DNA of 61,554 nucleotides, counting the filler, from Choristocarpus tenellus KU-1152 (taxonomy: Eukaryota; Protista; Phaeophyceae): the NCBI GenBank assembly GCA_964200185.2. It is 11 parts of 11 records of this genome, joined end to end, with 100 filler letters (N's around TTAATTAATTAA, not from the genome) between each part and the next. Parts side by side here need not be neighbours in the genome. Positions count along the whole stretch, not along the records: positions 10,959 to 14,412 come from CAXNAD020019928.1; positions 14,513 to 19,827 come from CAXNAD020011182.1; positions 19,928 to 25,172 come from CAXNAD020011369.1; 8 more parts are not named here. One strand, 5' to 3'. The position numbers and the translations under genes are program-made. The notes under the pieces are model-generated. The model made no database searches. It worked only from the letters and a program-made list of their open reading frames with translations, and had not been told where the DNA came from. Of the stretch, positions 12,877 through 25,272 are shown piece after piece; position 1 is the first letter of the stretch; each line of letters opens with the position of its first letter.

Positions 12877-13737
12877 CTAGATGCTATCCAAGAGGAGATT
12901 TTTTATCCTTGAGGAATCCCTTACGTAGACCCTCAAGCGGCGCTGGTGATCACCTGAGGATAATCATATTGTCCGGGAAGGGAACGTCTATTGTCAATAT
13001 TCGTAAGAGGTCTGAGCTTTGTACAATATGTCTATGAATGTCATATATGTGTGAGAGTGTAAGGTTTATTCACGTCACTATACCGGGACCCAGGTATCAT
13101 GATCTCCTGAGTCAGCTGGAGGGAGCAGATACTCATTCAAGATTTAAAGGTGTATATATTCAGGAGCAAGTGAACTTGCGAAGGTACTGTCACTTAAACT
13201 ATAGGGGAAATAAGGTAACCTTGTCCTACCTCTACCTGAACGTCGACCGCGCTTGTCCTCCCCTTTGCTATCATCATCAGCCTTGTCTTCGTTATCAGAA
13301 TCATCAGTATCCTCGGGCATTTTGTGATCATCGTCATCCTTGGACTCACTGAATCCAGTGTTATCATCTTCGCTTTGAGTCTTGTCATCATCTTCAGGTG
13401 TGGACTTATCTTCACCATCCTCAGGCATTGTATTGCCATCATCACTCTCAGACGCTCTAGTCTGTTCATCCTCGTTATCGTCCTCAGACGGGTCCTTATC
13501 ATCGTCCTCGGACGTGTCTTCATCATCGTCCTCAGATATGTTCTTTTTTTCGTCATCCTCAGACCCTCCAGGCTGCCCATTATCGTCGTCCTCGAGCATA
13601 GCGCTGTCATCATCCTCCGGCATGGCTGTGTTGTCATCATTCCCATTGGTATCATTGTCATCGTCGGTCTTGGGCTCATCTGGAGGCATAGTGCTATCAT
13701 CATCCAATGGGATCGTAATATCATCATTTTCGGGCAC
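12877..13737 (-). CDS. Asp/Glu-rich low-complexity protein, C-terminal part (5' end missing or disrupted)
   Basis: About 165 codons of (M/T)PEDDD / SEDDD repeats. The donor G|GTAGAG at 13236 joins in phase to exon 12953..12877 (cag| ... GDHQRRLRVYVRDSSRIKNLLLDSI*). There is no start or acceptor upstream, where a MITE end sits. Confidence 0.55.
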
Positions 13738-13740
13738 AAC

Positions 13741-13771
13741 ACCCCCCCCCCCCCCCTAGATACTTTGGGTC
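13741..13771. mobile_element. Solitary MITE subfamily B terminus
   Basis: C(n)TAGATACTTTGGGTC directly abutting the Asp-rich ORF. Confidence 0.6.
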
Positions 13772-14955
13772 TAAACTTGTCGTATGTAAAAAGTCGTCAC
13801 ACCTTGGAAGTGAGTACTGATGAAAAAAAATATAAGCATCTCCTCTGTTTAGCATCACTTCCGACGCATAGTAAGGCAGGGTCTAAAAATGCACAAAAGA
13901 CACTATCAGATTTTAATATTCTTTTGGGTACTTAAAAAAATGTATATGCAAGTATATACATAAATTAAAATATATATAAATATGAGCTTCACCCTGACAT
14001 CTCAATGAAGTTCTGATTTAGACTCTACCTATTCTACACCGCCTGAATCAAAGATGCAAAACGCCTTCCCAATGAAGCATAAAACCCGCCTCGCAAACTG
14101 TTCAAACTCATGCTTGCATGTACAGGGAAAGACAGGCAGTACATTTGCTGGAGATAAAGGGTTAGGGTTAGGGTCAACAAGAGGAGAGAGTCAGGGACTT
14201 GCACCTGCACCTGCACCCAATCATCTCAATTAGATGTGCTGCGACAGCATTCTACAACAGCAGCAGACTTCAGCCTTCACTTGAATTGCAAAGCAATATT
14301 GAGAAGAGATACTTAAAGGGGGTAAAAGGGGGGGGGGGGGGTTAAAAAAAAAGAAGAGAGGAAAAAAGGTGGAAATAAAAGACAACCAGTTTACTCTTGA
14401 CAAAAGATGGAANNNNNNNNNNNNNNNNNNNNNNNNNNNNNNNNNNNNNNNNNNNNTTAATTAATTAANNNNNNNNNNNNNNNNNNNNNNNNNNNNNNNN
14501 NNNNNNNNNNNNTAACAGAGAGTCATAAACGTATTCTTCGAAAATATTAGTCAGTTTGTAGAAATACACACACCGCATACAACGGATTCCATAGGAGTAA
14601 CTGTAAACACAACATACGGTTTGAATAGACCCTAAAACACTAACTTTATGGTGTTTAGGGTTTATTTAAACCATAATCATGGTCTTTACAGGTCTCAAAC
14701 GTTTCAAACAGAAACGTAAGAGCCGCTTCTTTATGCAACATCAGAAGGACTGTCAGAACAAAGACCGCCCAGTTATTCTGGGACATCTGTTGTGCACTAA
14801 GGTTCTGTTTCTGTTCTGAATTTACTCAACTGACTTTGAGATGCTGGGCCAAGACCTGTGAAACTTGGTCCTGCCCTCTGTGGTGGAAGAGTTCAGTCTG
14901 GTGATTGTGATTGCCACCTTTTCTAGAGATCTTTGGCATCTCGACACTTCCACAG

Positions 14956-15004
14956 TGGTGCTCAGGCAGGGGCTCGAACCTGGGACCTTGGCTTTGTCAG
15001 AGTC
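14956..15004 (-). pseudogene. tRNA-like 3' half ending in CCA, flanked by 13-bp direct repeats
   Basis: Reverse complement ...GCCAAGGTCCCAGGTTCGAGCCCCTGCCTGAGCACCA (B box GGTTCGAGCC, imperfect T-arm, discriminator A, CCA). ACACTTCCACAGT occurs at 14944-14956 and 15005-15017. Confidence 0.55.
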
Positions 15005-17881
15005 ACACTTCCACAGTATTATCTATCTGACAAAAAAAGATATAGATATAGAAGAAATAAATGCAACAAATTCACTGTCATTGGATAAAACACGTGAGAA
15101 AAGTCGAGTAACCAAAAAATCACGCAAATTCCCAAGAGGGAGAAATGAAGAGAAAAATTCTTAGCATGATAGAACCGAAAGTGGGGTCGAAAGAAATAAA
15201 ACAGATATCAGTTTAGCATCAAGCATCACGATTGTATCACGATTTACTTTTATCAATTTAGTCCAGGGACTATCCCGAACCTTGATCAGAGGCACTACAC
15301 AATGCACCACTTTTCATCACACAACTACTTCTACTTCTTCTCTGTTTATGCCTTGCTTAATGCGAGTTTTAGTTCAGCAATCTTGGTCCACCTCCTCCTT
15401 CGAATCTTTTGCGGAACCCATTGAGGTGTCAGTCGGTAATGAAGCCTTTCCGCGCCTTGTTCTTAGTTTGGTGTCTGTGTGGTATAGAAATAGATAGGAT
15501 GTTACTACAGGTTTACAATCTGTAGTGATTGCCATGTGGACTTTGAATAATCGAAACCAGATTTCCGTGAGGATGTATCTTGAATCAAGAGGGTTTGAAT
15601 CCATAAAACTCACGCAGGGGGCAGCCTCCATCCCACTGCGCCATGAGGATGCACAAGTAGTAAGGAGGGTATCCTAAGACAGAACCTTTCCCAACCTAAA
15701 GTTAAGCAGGCAATGACCCATCCTACTTGAAGGGGGTTCTATTTAGACCCTATTGAGCACTCCGGATAACTTAGAATTTAGAGTTTCTAAAACTTCCACC
15801 TAACACCTCATTTTCCATGCCTGAATTGTAACAAGCTCCCTTTGGCTGAGGAAGAGGACACCAAGCAACGTTAGTCAACAGGAGTGGGAAATTGCCTTCC
15901 GGGATGCTTGAAGCACATTCACAGGGACCCACAAGGATCAATGACACATTCCTCTAAGAGTGGATGACTTAAGTGTCACGGGTGCTTGGTGACTTAGGAC
16001 ATTTTCACGTGATGAGCTGCAACTGCATCAGCATACCGTATGTCCATCAACTATTTGTTTCGCACATATTCTTGTACCTGTTTTAATTGTGCCTATTTTG
16101 ATTCCTACAAATAAAATCCCACACTTCAGCTGGGAAACACTCAAGGACATCTCGGAGTCACTACCCTGTAAGGTGCCCAAACCCTCTGAGCAATATAGTC
16201 TTAGTCGAATCAGAACAATAAATTGTTGGAGTCTTGTAGCATCAGAACATTCCGTTTCAGTGGATTTCTGAACATTTTATCCAACCTGAAAGGAGCAAAC
16301 CCAATTTCATCATAACTTCTAAGATGATCAAAACCACAAGGAAAGGTCTATACATAGGCCGTTTGTCACAATAAACAAGATCTTGATGACAATGTCATCT
16401 GCTCTCTAACTATTTAATGTGAAAAAAAACTGATGAAAATAAAAAGGAGTAGTTTGTATGGAGAAAGTCAAGTCCTCATCACCAAATGTACAGGCCACAC
16501 AGGTTGAGCTAGATGCATGAGGTTGACCAAACCTGTGAGGTGTATTTGACCCATCAGCTAGAACTTTCCATCATTTGCTTTCACACACACACACACACAC
16601 ACATATGGAGCATGTTATGGAGCACAGTCCCTCGAATCTTCTTTGCTCAAAGCACCAAAACATCTCCAACCAACAAACTACTTGTACTGACAAAAAGAAC
16701 TATATTCTCTTGAGTAAACACTTCAGTGTACCTGAACAAAACTCTATTCTATCCACACTCAGACGTATCACAGCACCAGCGCAACCTCCGTACAAGTGAG
16801 TTAGCAATGGGACACTTGAATGCCAAGGTCTATCTAGACCACAAAGAACATACCCGAAAGAGTAAAATAATAATAGGAGAATACATATAGTACGGCATAT
16901 AAATGCACAGGAAGGTGAGAACCAACCAACAGTCCTGGTGATAGACATCAAACAATAATTCAGTAGTAGTTGGGCAAACGCACACATCAGGAGCCCCAAC
17001 ACAACAAGGTAAAAGGTCCTTTCTGTGTCACATCAGAGTGAGACAACACTCTGCACCTCAGGCTCTCCATCCAAATCATGCCTTTCCTTCAACTGGAATC
17101 TGCATGAGGGAATAAAACAAGAGGTAACCTGTTGTGCTGGCATCCCTCAAGACATCGGCTTGTTCCTTCAACGAGAACTTCCCATCATTATCACAGTTCT
17201 TCCACACAGGCAATGCTCCCCCTGTCTGTGGTGGCACAGACCCTGAAGCTTGACATAGATCTGTATAATAGTGCCTCCTGAGCTGGCCATTGACAACATT
17301 GTTGGTCTGATTGACCACTGCTCGTAGGTAGTACCTTCTTTTGTGTTTCAATTCCTCTCTACAGCCAGAGTGCAAATTAGTAGTAGAGTTCTGTGTACAG
17401 TGTAGCAGACGGCATGAAGAAAAGACCAAAATAAAGGTTGGTGAGGCTTGTCGTATCATGTAGTCCCCTTGTTACAAATAGCAACAGATTTATACATAAG
17501 CAGGCATCCCACCCCTAGTTCACAAAACCATGTCCCCTGTAGATCAGCAGTTGCTCGAAAGACAGGGAGGGGCAGCTTTTCCAACAACACCATCACAACA
17601 CCCTACTAGCTCTTAGAAAATACACTTGGAAGTAGAAGATACCGATTTGTCTGAATGAAGGTATAGATGTATTTATGTATACATGTAAGATATCGAGATA
17701 TCAAGATATTCAAAGGATAAATGTGTTGAATGTGGTAATGGGGGGTTATTATAGATGGTGATGCAATGGTCTATACAATGTAATACATGGCTTTCTACCA
17801 CTCTCATGTGTCCCCCCAGCCCCTGGATATGCCATCACCACACACACATGCAACACTCAAACAAATTCAATCATATCGTAC

Positions 17882-18013
17882 CTCCAAGGAAGACCACGTG
17901 TTCCCTGCCTTGTTGTGCACCCTAGCCTCTGATGCAGGCTTGAAACGCCCCTGACCTTGTGAGTATAGGCTCCTGATTGATTCCACCTGGTCATCATCAA
18001 GATTTTCAACTAC
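17882..18013 (-). CDS. Isolated putative internal exon of an unidentified gene
   Basis: cag|VVENLDDDQVESIRSLYSQGQGRFKPASEARVHNKAGNTWSSLE|gtacg, 132 nt, phase 0-0, open. No family recognised. Confidence 0.3.
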
Positions 18014-19258
18014 CTGCTCAGTTTAGGGCCAACATTTGATACACAGAGGAGTTGGGAAAGTTAGTGTCATTGTCACAAGGGACAGTAGCCCACACATAGT
18101 CATCTACACAAGTAGCTGGAGGAAGTACGCACTATTACATGGTCTCTTCTTGAAACAGTGCTTGTCAACCTAGGCCTTTGGTGATACTGCCAAAGAAACT
18201 GAAAGGTGTAATAATACATTGTTCTAGTTGGGCAAAGTACCCATAGGAAACTATCAATGCCACAAATGTACTGTCAAAGTAGGCGAAATACATGCACTAT
18301 TGCATTTTAACACTGCTCATACATATGTGCAAAACTAGACTTTTCCCAAATAGTGTCAAGAAGTCTCAAGCATGAAGAAAAGGAAATCAACATTCACAAG
18401 TCACACCTAACACTTTATTCATAGAAATATGGATAAATTGCAAAAGGTTGTAGAACTGGTTGAAAATGTAAAACGGTCTTAACCTGGGTACTGGATACTT
18501 CTCATCTAGTTTGTCTCTTTAACACTCATACTGTACATCATGGGACAACAGATACTTGAGCAACACTCAAAGAAATGTGTGGAGTGATACTGTAAGAAAC
18601 ATAGAGCATCATACTGCATCAAGAAACTCAACTGAACCAGCTATTCCATAGTAGAATGCTCTGCTTACACATAGTACAATCCTTGCTACCTATGCCAATT
18701 GGTCTTGAGCACTTCCAATTGTGGATGTGGTATATTGGGTGGACAGGTTTCTCAAGGTTAAGGCTGCTCATTGTCTGCATACACCACAGAACAAAAATAA
18801 TAATAATAAAAACTAATAATTAAAAAATGTATCACATAAAAAGACAAGAAAAGTTTCATAATATTGATCAGGGTGGTGCTCAAGGACATCGACATTTATC
18901 AAGCACATACCTGCACACATCCATCCAAATTTAGGACTCCCCGTGCACAATGAGGTGAAGTGGAATCGTTCAAGTAGCAGGGACATGTGCAAACAATGGC
19001 TTGAAAAAAGATGTATTCATGCAAAGGGCTTCAAAAGCTCAAATACAAGGGATCGTACACCTAAGCAGTGTTTCCGGGTCTCTGACAGAAATCAGGTACT
19101 CCTTGGATTGAGAACGCTGTTATTTACAGTGTACGGTCCATGACCTTTGTCAGTCTTCATACGCAATCTTCATACACTACAATAATCTGCAGTTGATGGG
19201 GCACTGACAAAAGGCAAGGTTTGAGCCTTCCTGGTTCAATACCCAACCATCAACGCAT

Positions 19259-19318
19259 GAAATACTGTGTGAGATACTGTGTGAGATACTGTGTGAAATA
19301 CTGTGTGAGATACTGTGT
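19259..19318. repeat. 12-bp tandem repeat, 5 copies
   Basis: (GARATACTGTGT)5. Confidence 0.9.
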
Positions 19319-19490
19319 CAACATGGTGAAGCAATGTGGTGGTAGAAGGCGAAACCATTATGGATGATGGTGCAGTAATCAAAATATGTGCATAGTCCTA
19401 CCATTTGACAAGTCTGACAATCACCAGCTTCTTTCATGCTGGGAAAGGATTGTCACCTACCCCATGCACCGAAAGTGACAATTAAGACAA

Positions 19491-19602
19491 TTACATAGTA
19501 TGGAATTACTATAATACATTATATAGTATGGAATTACTATAATACACTATATAGTACGGAATTACTACAATACACTATATAGTATGGAATTACTATAATA
19601 CA
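19491..19602. repeat. 28-bp tandem minisatellite, about 4 copies
   Basis: Unit TATATAGTATGGAATTACTATAATACAC repeated head-to-tail with few substitutions and no spacers. Confidence 0.9.
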
Positions 19603-20024
19603 TATATATATTGTATTCAAACATCCCAGCAGGCATCTACTGCCTCTACCTTTGGGTGTCTAGATGTCCATCTGGCATACAACTGTTCCTCATTATTTCA
19701 CTTTCCACCAAGGAAGTTCCAGGGGCAGGTTGAAGAGGGAATGTGTGTGTGTGTGGGGGGGGGGGGGGCCTTCTTGTCCTAGGTCTACCACGCCCCGTGG
19801 TAGTACCGAGCGGGGGGGCAGTTTTCANNNNNNNNNNNNNNNNNNNNNNNNNNNNNNNNNNNNNNNNNNNNTTAATTAATTAANNNNNNNNNNNNNNNNN
19901 NNNNNNNNNNNNNNNNNNNNNNNNNNNCCTCCCCCCCCCAGATACTTTGGGTCATAAGTACACGTGCAACTGTGTGAGATTTGCAGCCCCTCATTGTTAG
20001 TGAGGATTAATATTTTTAACATAA

Positions 20025-20283
20025 GATTGAAAGTATCTTAGAGGGTACGAGTTTTTCCCTGTTTGTCCATTTGGGGCTTGGCTTCCATTGGGCTTTTTTA
20101 TGACATTTTCCAACTCCGAAATGTTTCAGAGTAGGAAAAATGTGTACGTTGTGAAAAGGTGTGTCTGGAACAAGGATATTTACACATCCTAACAAACACA
20201 ATAACCAAAATTACACCAATATCGCAACATTGGGTTTTGGACCCTAATTGGACGCGGTTCTACCCTCTAAGATACTTTGGCTC
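20025..20283. mobile_element. MITE subfamily A, TSD ATAA
   Basis: GATTGAAAGTATCTTAGAGGGTA ... TACCCTCTAAGATACTTTGGCTC, flanked by ATAA on both sides. Confidence 0.87.
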
Positions 20284-20788
20284 ATAATAAATAAAGTACC
20301 ATATCTTTTTTTGTTGCTACTCCCACTGTTTATGATGTCATCGATTAAATATTGATTTTTGATTTAATTTTTTACAGTAGTGATCATATGAGCTTTGTAG
20401 TAATTCAATCTCCATTTTTTTATTTTTCTTTCTTTTTAAAATTAAAATGAAATAAAATAAATAAATAAATGGTTACGAGAGCGTACATTCACTGAGGCAG
20501 GTGCCACATCACACAAGGCTCACATGATTCTGAGCTGGGCAGAACGATAAGATTAAGGTTCTTATTGTTCTTTATGTTTCTGTATGAGGTAAGTATGGTC
20601 CTCTACCCTTGACATCAGGTCAACTTAAATCAAGGCCTCTCCCACTAGAATATCAGATCTGACTATCTATTGTGCTGGAAGGCGAGACACTGGACACCTA
20701 CTTGGTTATTGTGGTAGCACCTTCTGATATCTCATCCAAATATTACCGCATCTCACCCCAAAAGGCCCAAACTGTCTCACACGAAAAA

Positions 20789-20971
20789 GACCTAAAGTAT
20801 CTGGGGGGGGGGGGGGGGTCTACACCAGGGTGTCCGTTTGGGCCATAACCAAGAAAGGTGCACGTATATTATCCATCCAAAGTATGTAACCAAATCCCAC
20901 AAAAATCGCGACATGAAAATATTGACCCCAAAAGGACAGCGGTCACCCCCCCCCCCCAGGTACTTTGAGCC
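20789..20971. mobile_element. MITE subfamily B (poly-G TIR)
   Basis: GACCTAAAGTATCT-G(n) ... C(n)AGGTACTTTGAGCC; internal sequence matches the 12106 copy; flanks AAAA/AAAC. Confidence 0.8.
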
Positions 20972-22330
20972 AAACACATATCGGAACGGAATGCTACCAA
21001 TAATCCGTTATGAGTGTTTTATTTGATCTAAAGAATGGTTGAACTGAAACATGAAGTACAAAAACCGGTTTTACCCTGAGTCCTTGAAATAACGTAGAAA
21101 TGGATATCACAGAATACCCTGGAGCCAATATTAGATTGATTCCTCGGAGATGATGGTTTGCTCACTGGACTGCATACTCTGAACATATTACCTCGCTTTC
21201 CCTTGATACATTATTTGTAGATGCAGTTGGAAACCTTTCAGTTGGTAGAGCATATGTTTTTAAACTTCATGTGCAGTCTAATGCCAAACCTCTATTCTTC
21301 AAGGCAAGGGTAGCCAACAATTGTATTGACCATCTTAACACAGTATCTCAAAAGAGGTTACCATACCTGAAGATAATTGACTAAACCTATTCCTCCATCT
21401 TATCCCCCACACCCGCACCCACATACACTTAGATCTAGGTATAACATCCTTCCATTACAACATGGGCCAATCCATCAACCATGCGTGTTTTTTTATAGAG
21501 CATGGAGCTGAAGAACTGGTCATTTATATAAACTCAACATAGAACACCCACTGGCAGAATTTATACACTACCTAGACTATATAGCTACTAAACACATCCC
21601 CAAATGCTTCAATACATAGGAGCAGTTCACTTGTTCGACAGTTGAACTGATGCATTCAAAGCACTAAAAAACCCATTCTAGCACAATGATAATAATCCCA
21701 TCTGCGATAAAACTAAGACCTAAATTCCAAATTGTCGAATATACAGAAGACGAGCCAGCATTTTTGGTTTTGTATTCACCCTTCTTTATTAACCTTCATA
21801 GAAAATGTAGTCCCTCATTTTGGTGAGGTGCCCAACTTACTTTATTTTCGAACGTCTGTATGAAAAGGATACTTTCTTGTCGATTTCTTAAAAGTGAATC
21901 ATACACAGAGTTTGTGCAAAGACTCTAATCTCTACTATCCCTGCCCTTCTTGTTGACTTTTCGGCGAAGAATCTGGTGAGGAAATCCAACAGGAGATGTC
22001 AGGAAGAATGCAAAATTTCGATTTTCCTACATGTAAAAGAGGAGCTCAGAGATGGCGCATATATGTATTAATGCATCATACATGTACCATTATGTGAAAA
22101 ATCGGGAAAAAACAAGCATCAAAACACCTACTCTGATTACAGCAGAGAATTTAGGACAACCCAAACTTCAAGTTCACATCAATGGTTTTGTGGCCTCAAA
22201 TGATGAGGCTCTCTTAAATATGAAATGGAGTAATCTTATAACTGCAGTTACACATTATGGAAGAAAAATCGATAAAATCACATCCGCACTTAATAGTATG
22301 GCTAAATAGGGCAAACTAGGTTCAACTCAC

Positions 22331-24199
22331 CACTCCAGCTCTTTCTTTCGCAAGGCAACTATCCACAGTTCCATCAAACATCTCCACCACTGACCCAGCA
22401 GACGCATACAAGAAGCCACCATTGCCCTCTGAATTGCAGCCAGTGAAGGTACCCCCATAAATACTGAAGATGCTACTTCCTCTTGCATAGATGCATCCCC
22501 CTTTGTCATGCGCAATATTGGTTCCATTCATGACTGTTCCTCCAAGCACTTTGACAACCCCATCCCCAAAAAGTGCGCCCCCCAAATTCCCATCGTTATT
22601 GGCAAACAACACATCACCTAGGATCATCACACAATTATCGCGCTGAAAGATCTGGAGCAGGTGGAAAGAGCAGTAAAGAAAACAGTAGGAGACAGGATGG
22701 ATGGAGGTTGGGGTGGGGTGAGGACTTGAGTCGTCCCAACTGGTTTAACAAGAACGAAACAGCTCCAACCTCATGTAATCTTGAAGGTTAAGATAAACAC
22801 ACATAAAATACCAAGTGAGTGGGACATGGGCTCGTGTTCTTGTGTCAGAGATGATGTGGAAGATCTCTCCACATAGGTCTCTCCACATACTTGGTGATTT
22901 TTTCTGAATCGACGCAACAATCTCAATACTACTCTTCTAATCGGTATTGACCCGATCACTTGGATGCATCGAAATGTGCCCCAAGCAACAGAGAAGCAAA
23001 CTGGTTGAGCAACTGGAGTGAGTAAGACAATATGTGATCAAAGGATTCATTGCTCTACAACTTTCCTTGATGTAGCTACATGTAGATGTCAAAGGAAGGC
23101 CAAAACTATTAATCATTATATGTACAGAATTAATATATCTGCAAAATGTGTATAACCAATGTGGATATGAGAAAAAGGGGGAGCTTACCCCGCCTCCGTA
23201 ATTCTCTGCGAAGTTGCCAATCACCGTCGTGCCACCATCGATTATGGCGTCACCAACTAATGCAGCGCCTCCACTATGCATGGCTTTGTTGCCTCTTAGA
23301 TTGGTCCCCGATACTGTTACATTAGCTCTGTTGCTGTTCAGGGCCCCGCCCCAGCTTGTAGCACTGTTGTTGTGCAACATACAATCAATCACATCTAGCG
23401 TTGCGTTCTCTATGTATACACCCCCTCCTCCTGGCATAGAATAGGAAGACGGGACTAGATCCGGATGACTCAGGGGTAACGGTGCTGTTGCAACATTGTT
23501 ACCTAATGTGGATCTAGCTAAGTTGCAAATTGTGCGTCCCCAAGACTCCAATTCAGCACCAGTCACATGTATCGCACCCCCATTCAAAGCTCGGTTCCCA
23601 TCGAAGAAGACGCTATCTATGGTTAGATTGGAATCAAGCGCGTGCACCGCCCCACCCATCCCCTCTGCTGCCGTGTTCCTCACGAATGAACCTCCCGTAA
23701 CAATGATTGTGCTCTCCTCCATCCATACCCCGCCACCAGACCCATTCGATTCATTCGATTCGAAGACACAATCCACGAGGATAAGTGATGCACCAGAACA
23801 CCTGACACCCCCTCCACCAGCTGCATCGGCCAGCCCTCCTCGAATCGTTGTGTTTTCTACCTGGAGTGTAGCCCCAGTCCCCACCTCAAAGATACGCACT
23901 GAAGAGGCACCATTGATGACTGCACCCGTTCCTCCATCTCCCACTTCCCCAACAATGTTGAGTGTTGTATCTTGACCAACCTCGATCGTGCCCAAAATCG
24001 TGACCAGTCCCACCCATACTACATTTACGGTCCCCCCTGTACAATTAACGGCGGCCGAGAGATCTGTTGCTCCATCAGTGTCGCTTACTCGAAGAGATTG
24101 ACTAGTTGTGTCAGGGCAGACGATGGCTGACAAACGACTCGAATGAAGACTGAAGGCAAGGGCGGTTAGCAACCACAATTCTCCGATGTTTCGAACCAT
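22331..24199 (-). CDS. Polymorphic outer membrane protein-like / adhesin-like right-handed beta-helix protein with signal peptide (5' part, at least 2 exons)
   Basis: Exon 1 24199..23189 (337 codons; MVRNIGELWLLTALAFSLHSSRLSA signal-like) and exon 2 22651..22331 (107 codons) join in phase 0. Repeated FxxN...GGA(I/V/L) motifs (FESNESNGSGGGV, FVRNTAAEGMGGAV, FDGNRALNGGAI, FANNDGNLGGAL) are typical of Pmp-like PbH1 proteins. Confidence 0.85.
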
Positions 24200-25272
24200 T
24201 TTACTATTATTGATAGTATCACACACTTCTTGCGAATCCTTTAAGACAGTGCTCTGTGCCCAATGCTATTCTTCACTGTTGGGCATACCTACACAAGATA
24301 CGTCAAGGGAGTTATTGGGTGGTACCCTCATTCTCCTCTCCAGTCTTTGCTGTAACATATATCTGACAATTGGTATCTCCATTTCTCACAAAATATACTA
24401 ACCGGAAAACTCTGGTTGATAGGATAGTATACTAATCGGCAACTAATCCCATCAATTCTGACCGTTGCGTAACCCATTTAGATGTGAGCAGCGAATGCTG
24501 AGTGAAGAATGATTTTTTATTCTCGCCCCAAAATAGAGTCAGTTTAGGAGTTACAAATTTCGTTGATTTGTTATCCACCTTGTTTCTAGGTAATTACCTC
24601 TCTCTCTGTCTTGTGTTTCAGTGGTTGTTTGTCTGATACGGTAGTCTGTTCTATGGTATCTTTGTTGTATTCTTCAATGATCGTTCCTGTCCTCTATTCT
24701 CTATTGCAAACTCTAATACCTAACAATGAATAGCCAAAAAACAACAAAAATGAAACGCTCCAAAACCTCTGTGAAAAAGCGCGATAATTAAAGGAATAAT
24801 CTTACGAACCAGTATCTATCTTCTAAATATATGCATTATTATGCCATCTGACATTTTGTAGATGTGTCACCTAATTCATCGACGTAGAATCTCCACTTCA
24901 ATCACCAAAACTCTTTTGGATACGACCACTTGTTTGGCGTTGGTTGAAATAATTTGCAAGAAGACGTGATATAACATTTCTCGTTCTTTGAAATCCTCCA
25001 CCCCCCTTCATACCTCATATGTAAAATATACATAGTTCATCTACAAAAAATACCTCTACCTGTCTATTCACAACAATCTATTCATTGTAAAACAAACGAA
25101 ATCGGGGTCTTAGGATGTGGACATGGATTGATTGTATATAACAGTGGATTTTCAAAATTGAGGCAGGAGCGGNNNNNNNNNNNNNNNNNNNNNNNNNNNN
25201 NNNNNNNNNNNNNNNNTTAATTAATTAANNNNNNNNNNNNNNNNNNNNNNNNNNNNNNNNNNNNNNNNNNNN

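Noticed and set aside
10758-13771. Possible 3-kb element carrying the Asp-rich ORF (left TIR preceded by TAAA, right TIR followed by TAAA)
   Set aside because: The ends are on different contigs across an artificial spacer, the left end continues into normal short-MITE internal sequence, and a 4-bp AT-rich match can be chance.
13324-13935. Long Ile/Val-rich and Ser-rich + strand ORFs, and the Met-rich alternate minus frame
   Set aside because: Shadow frames of the GAT/GAC-rich Asp-repeat sequence.
15700-16050. Minus-strand IRYADA resembling a reverse transcriptase YADD motif
   Set aside because: The second Asp is missing, there are multiple stops, and no other RT motifs are recognisable.
19491-19602. 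28-bp repeats resembling a CRISPR array
   Set aside because: Units are head-to-tail with no unique spacers, there are no cas genes, and the context is eukaryotic.
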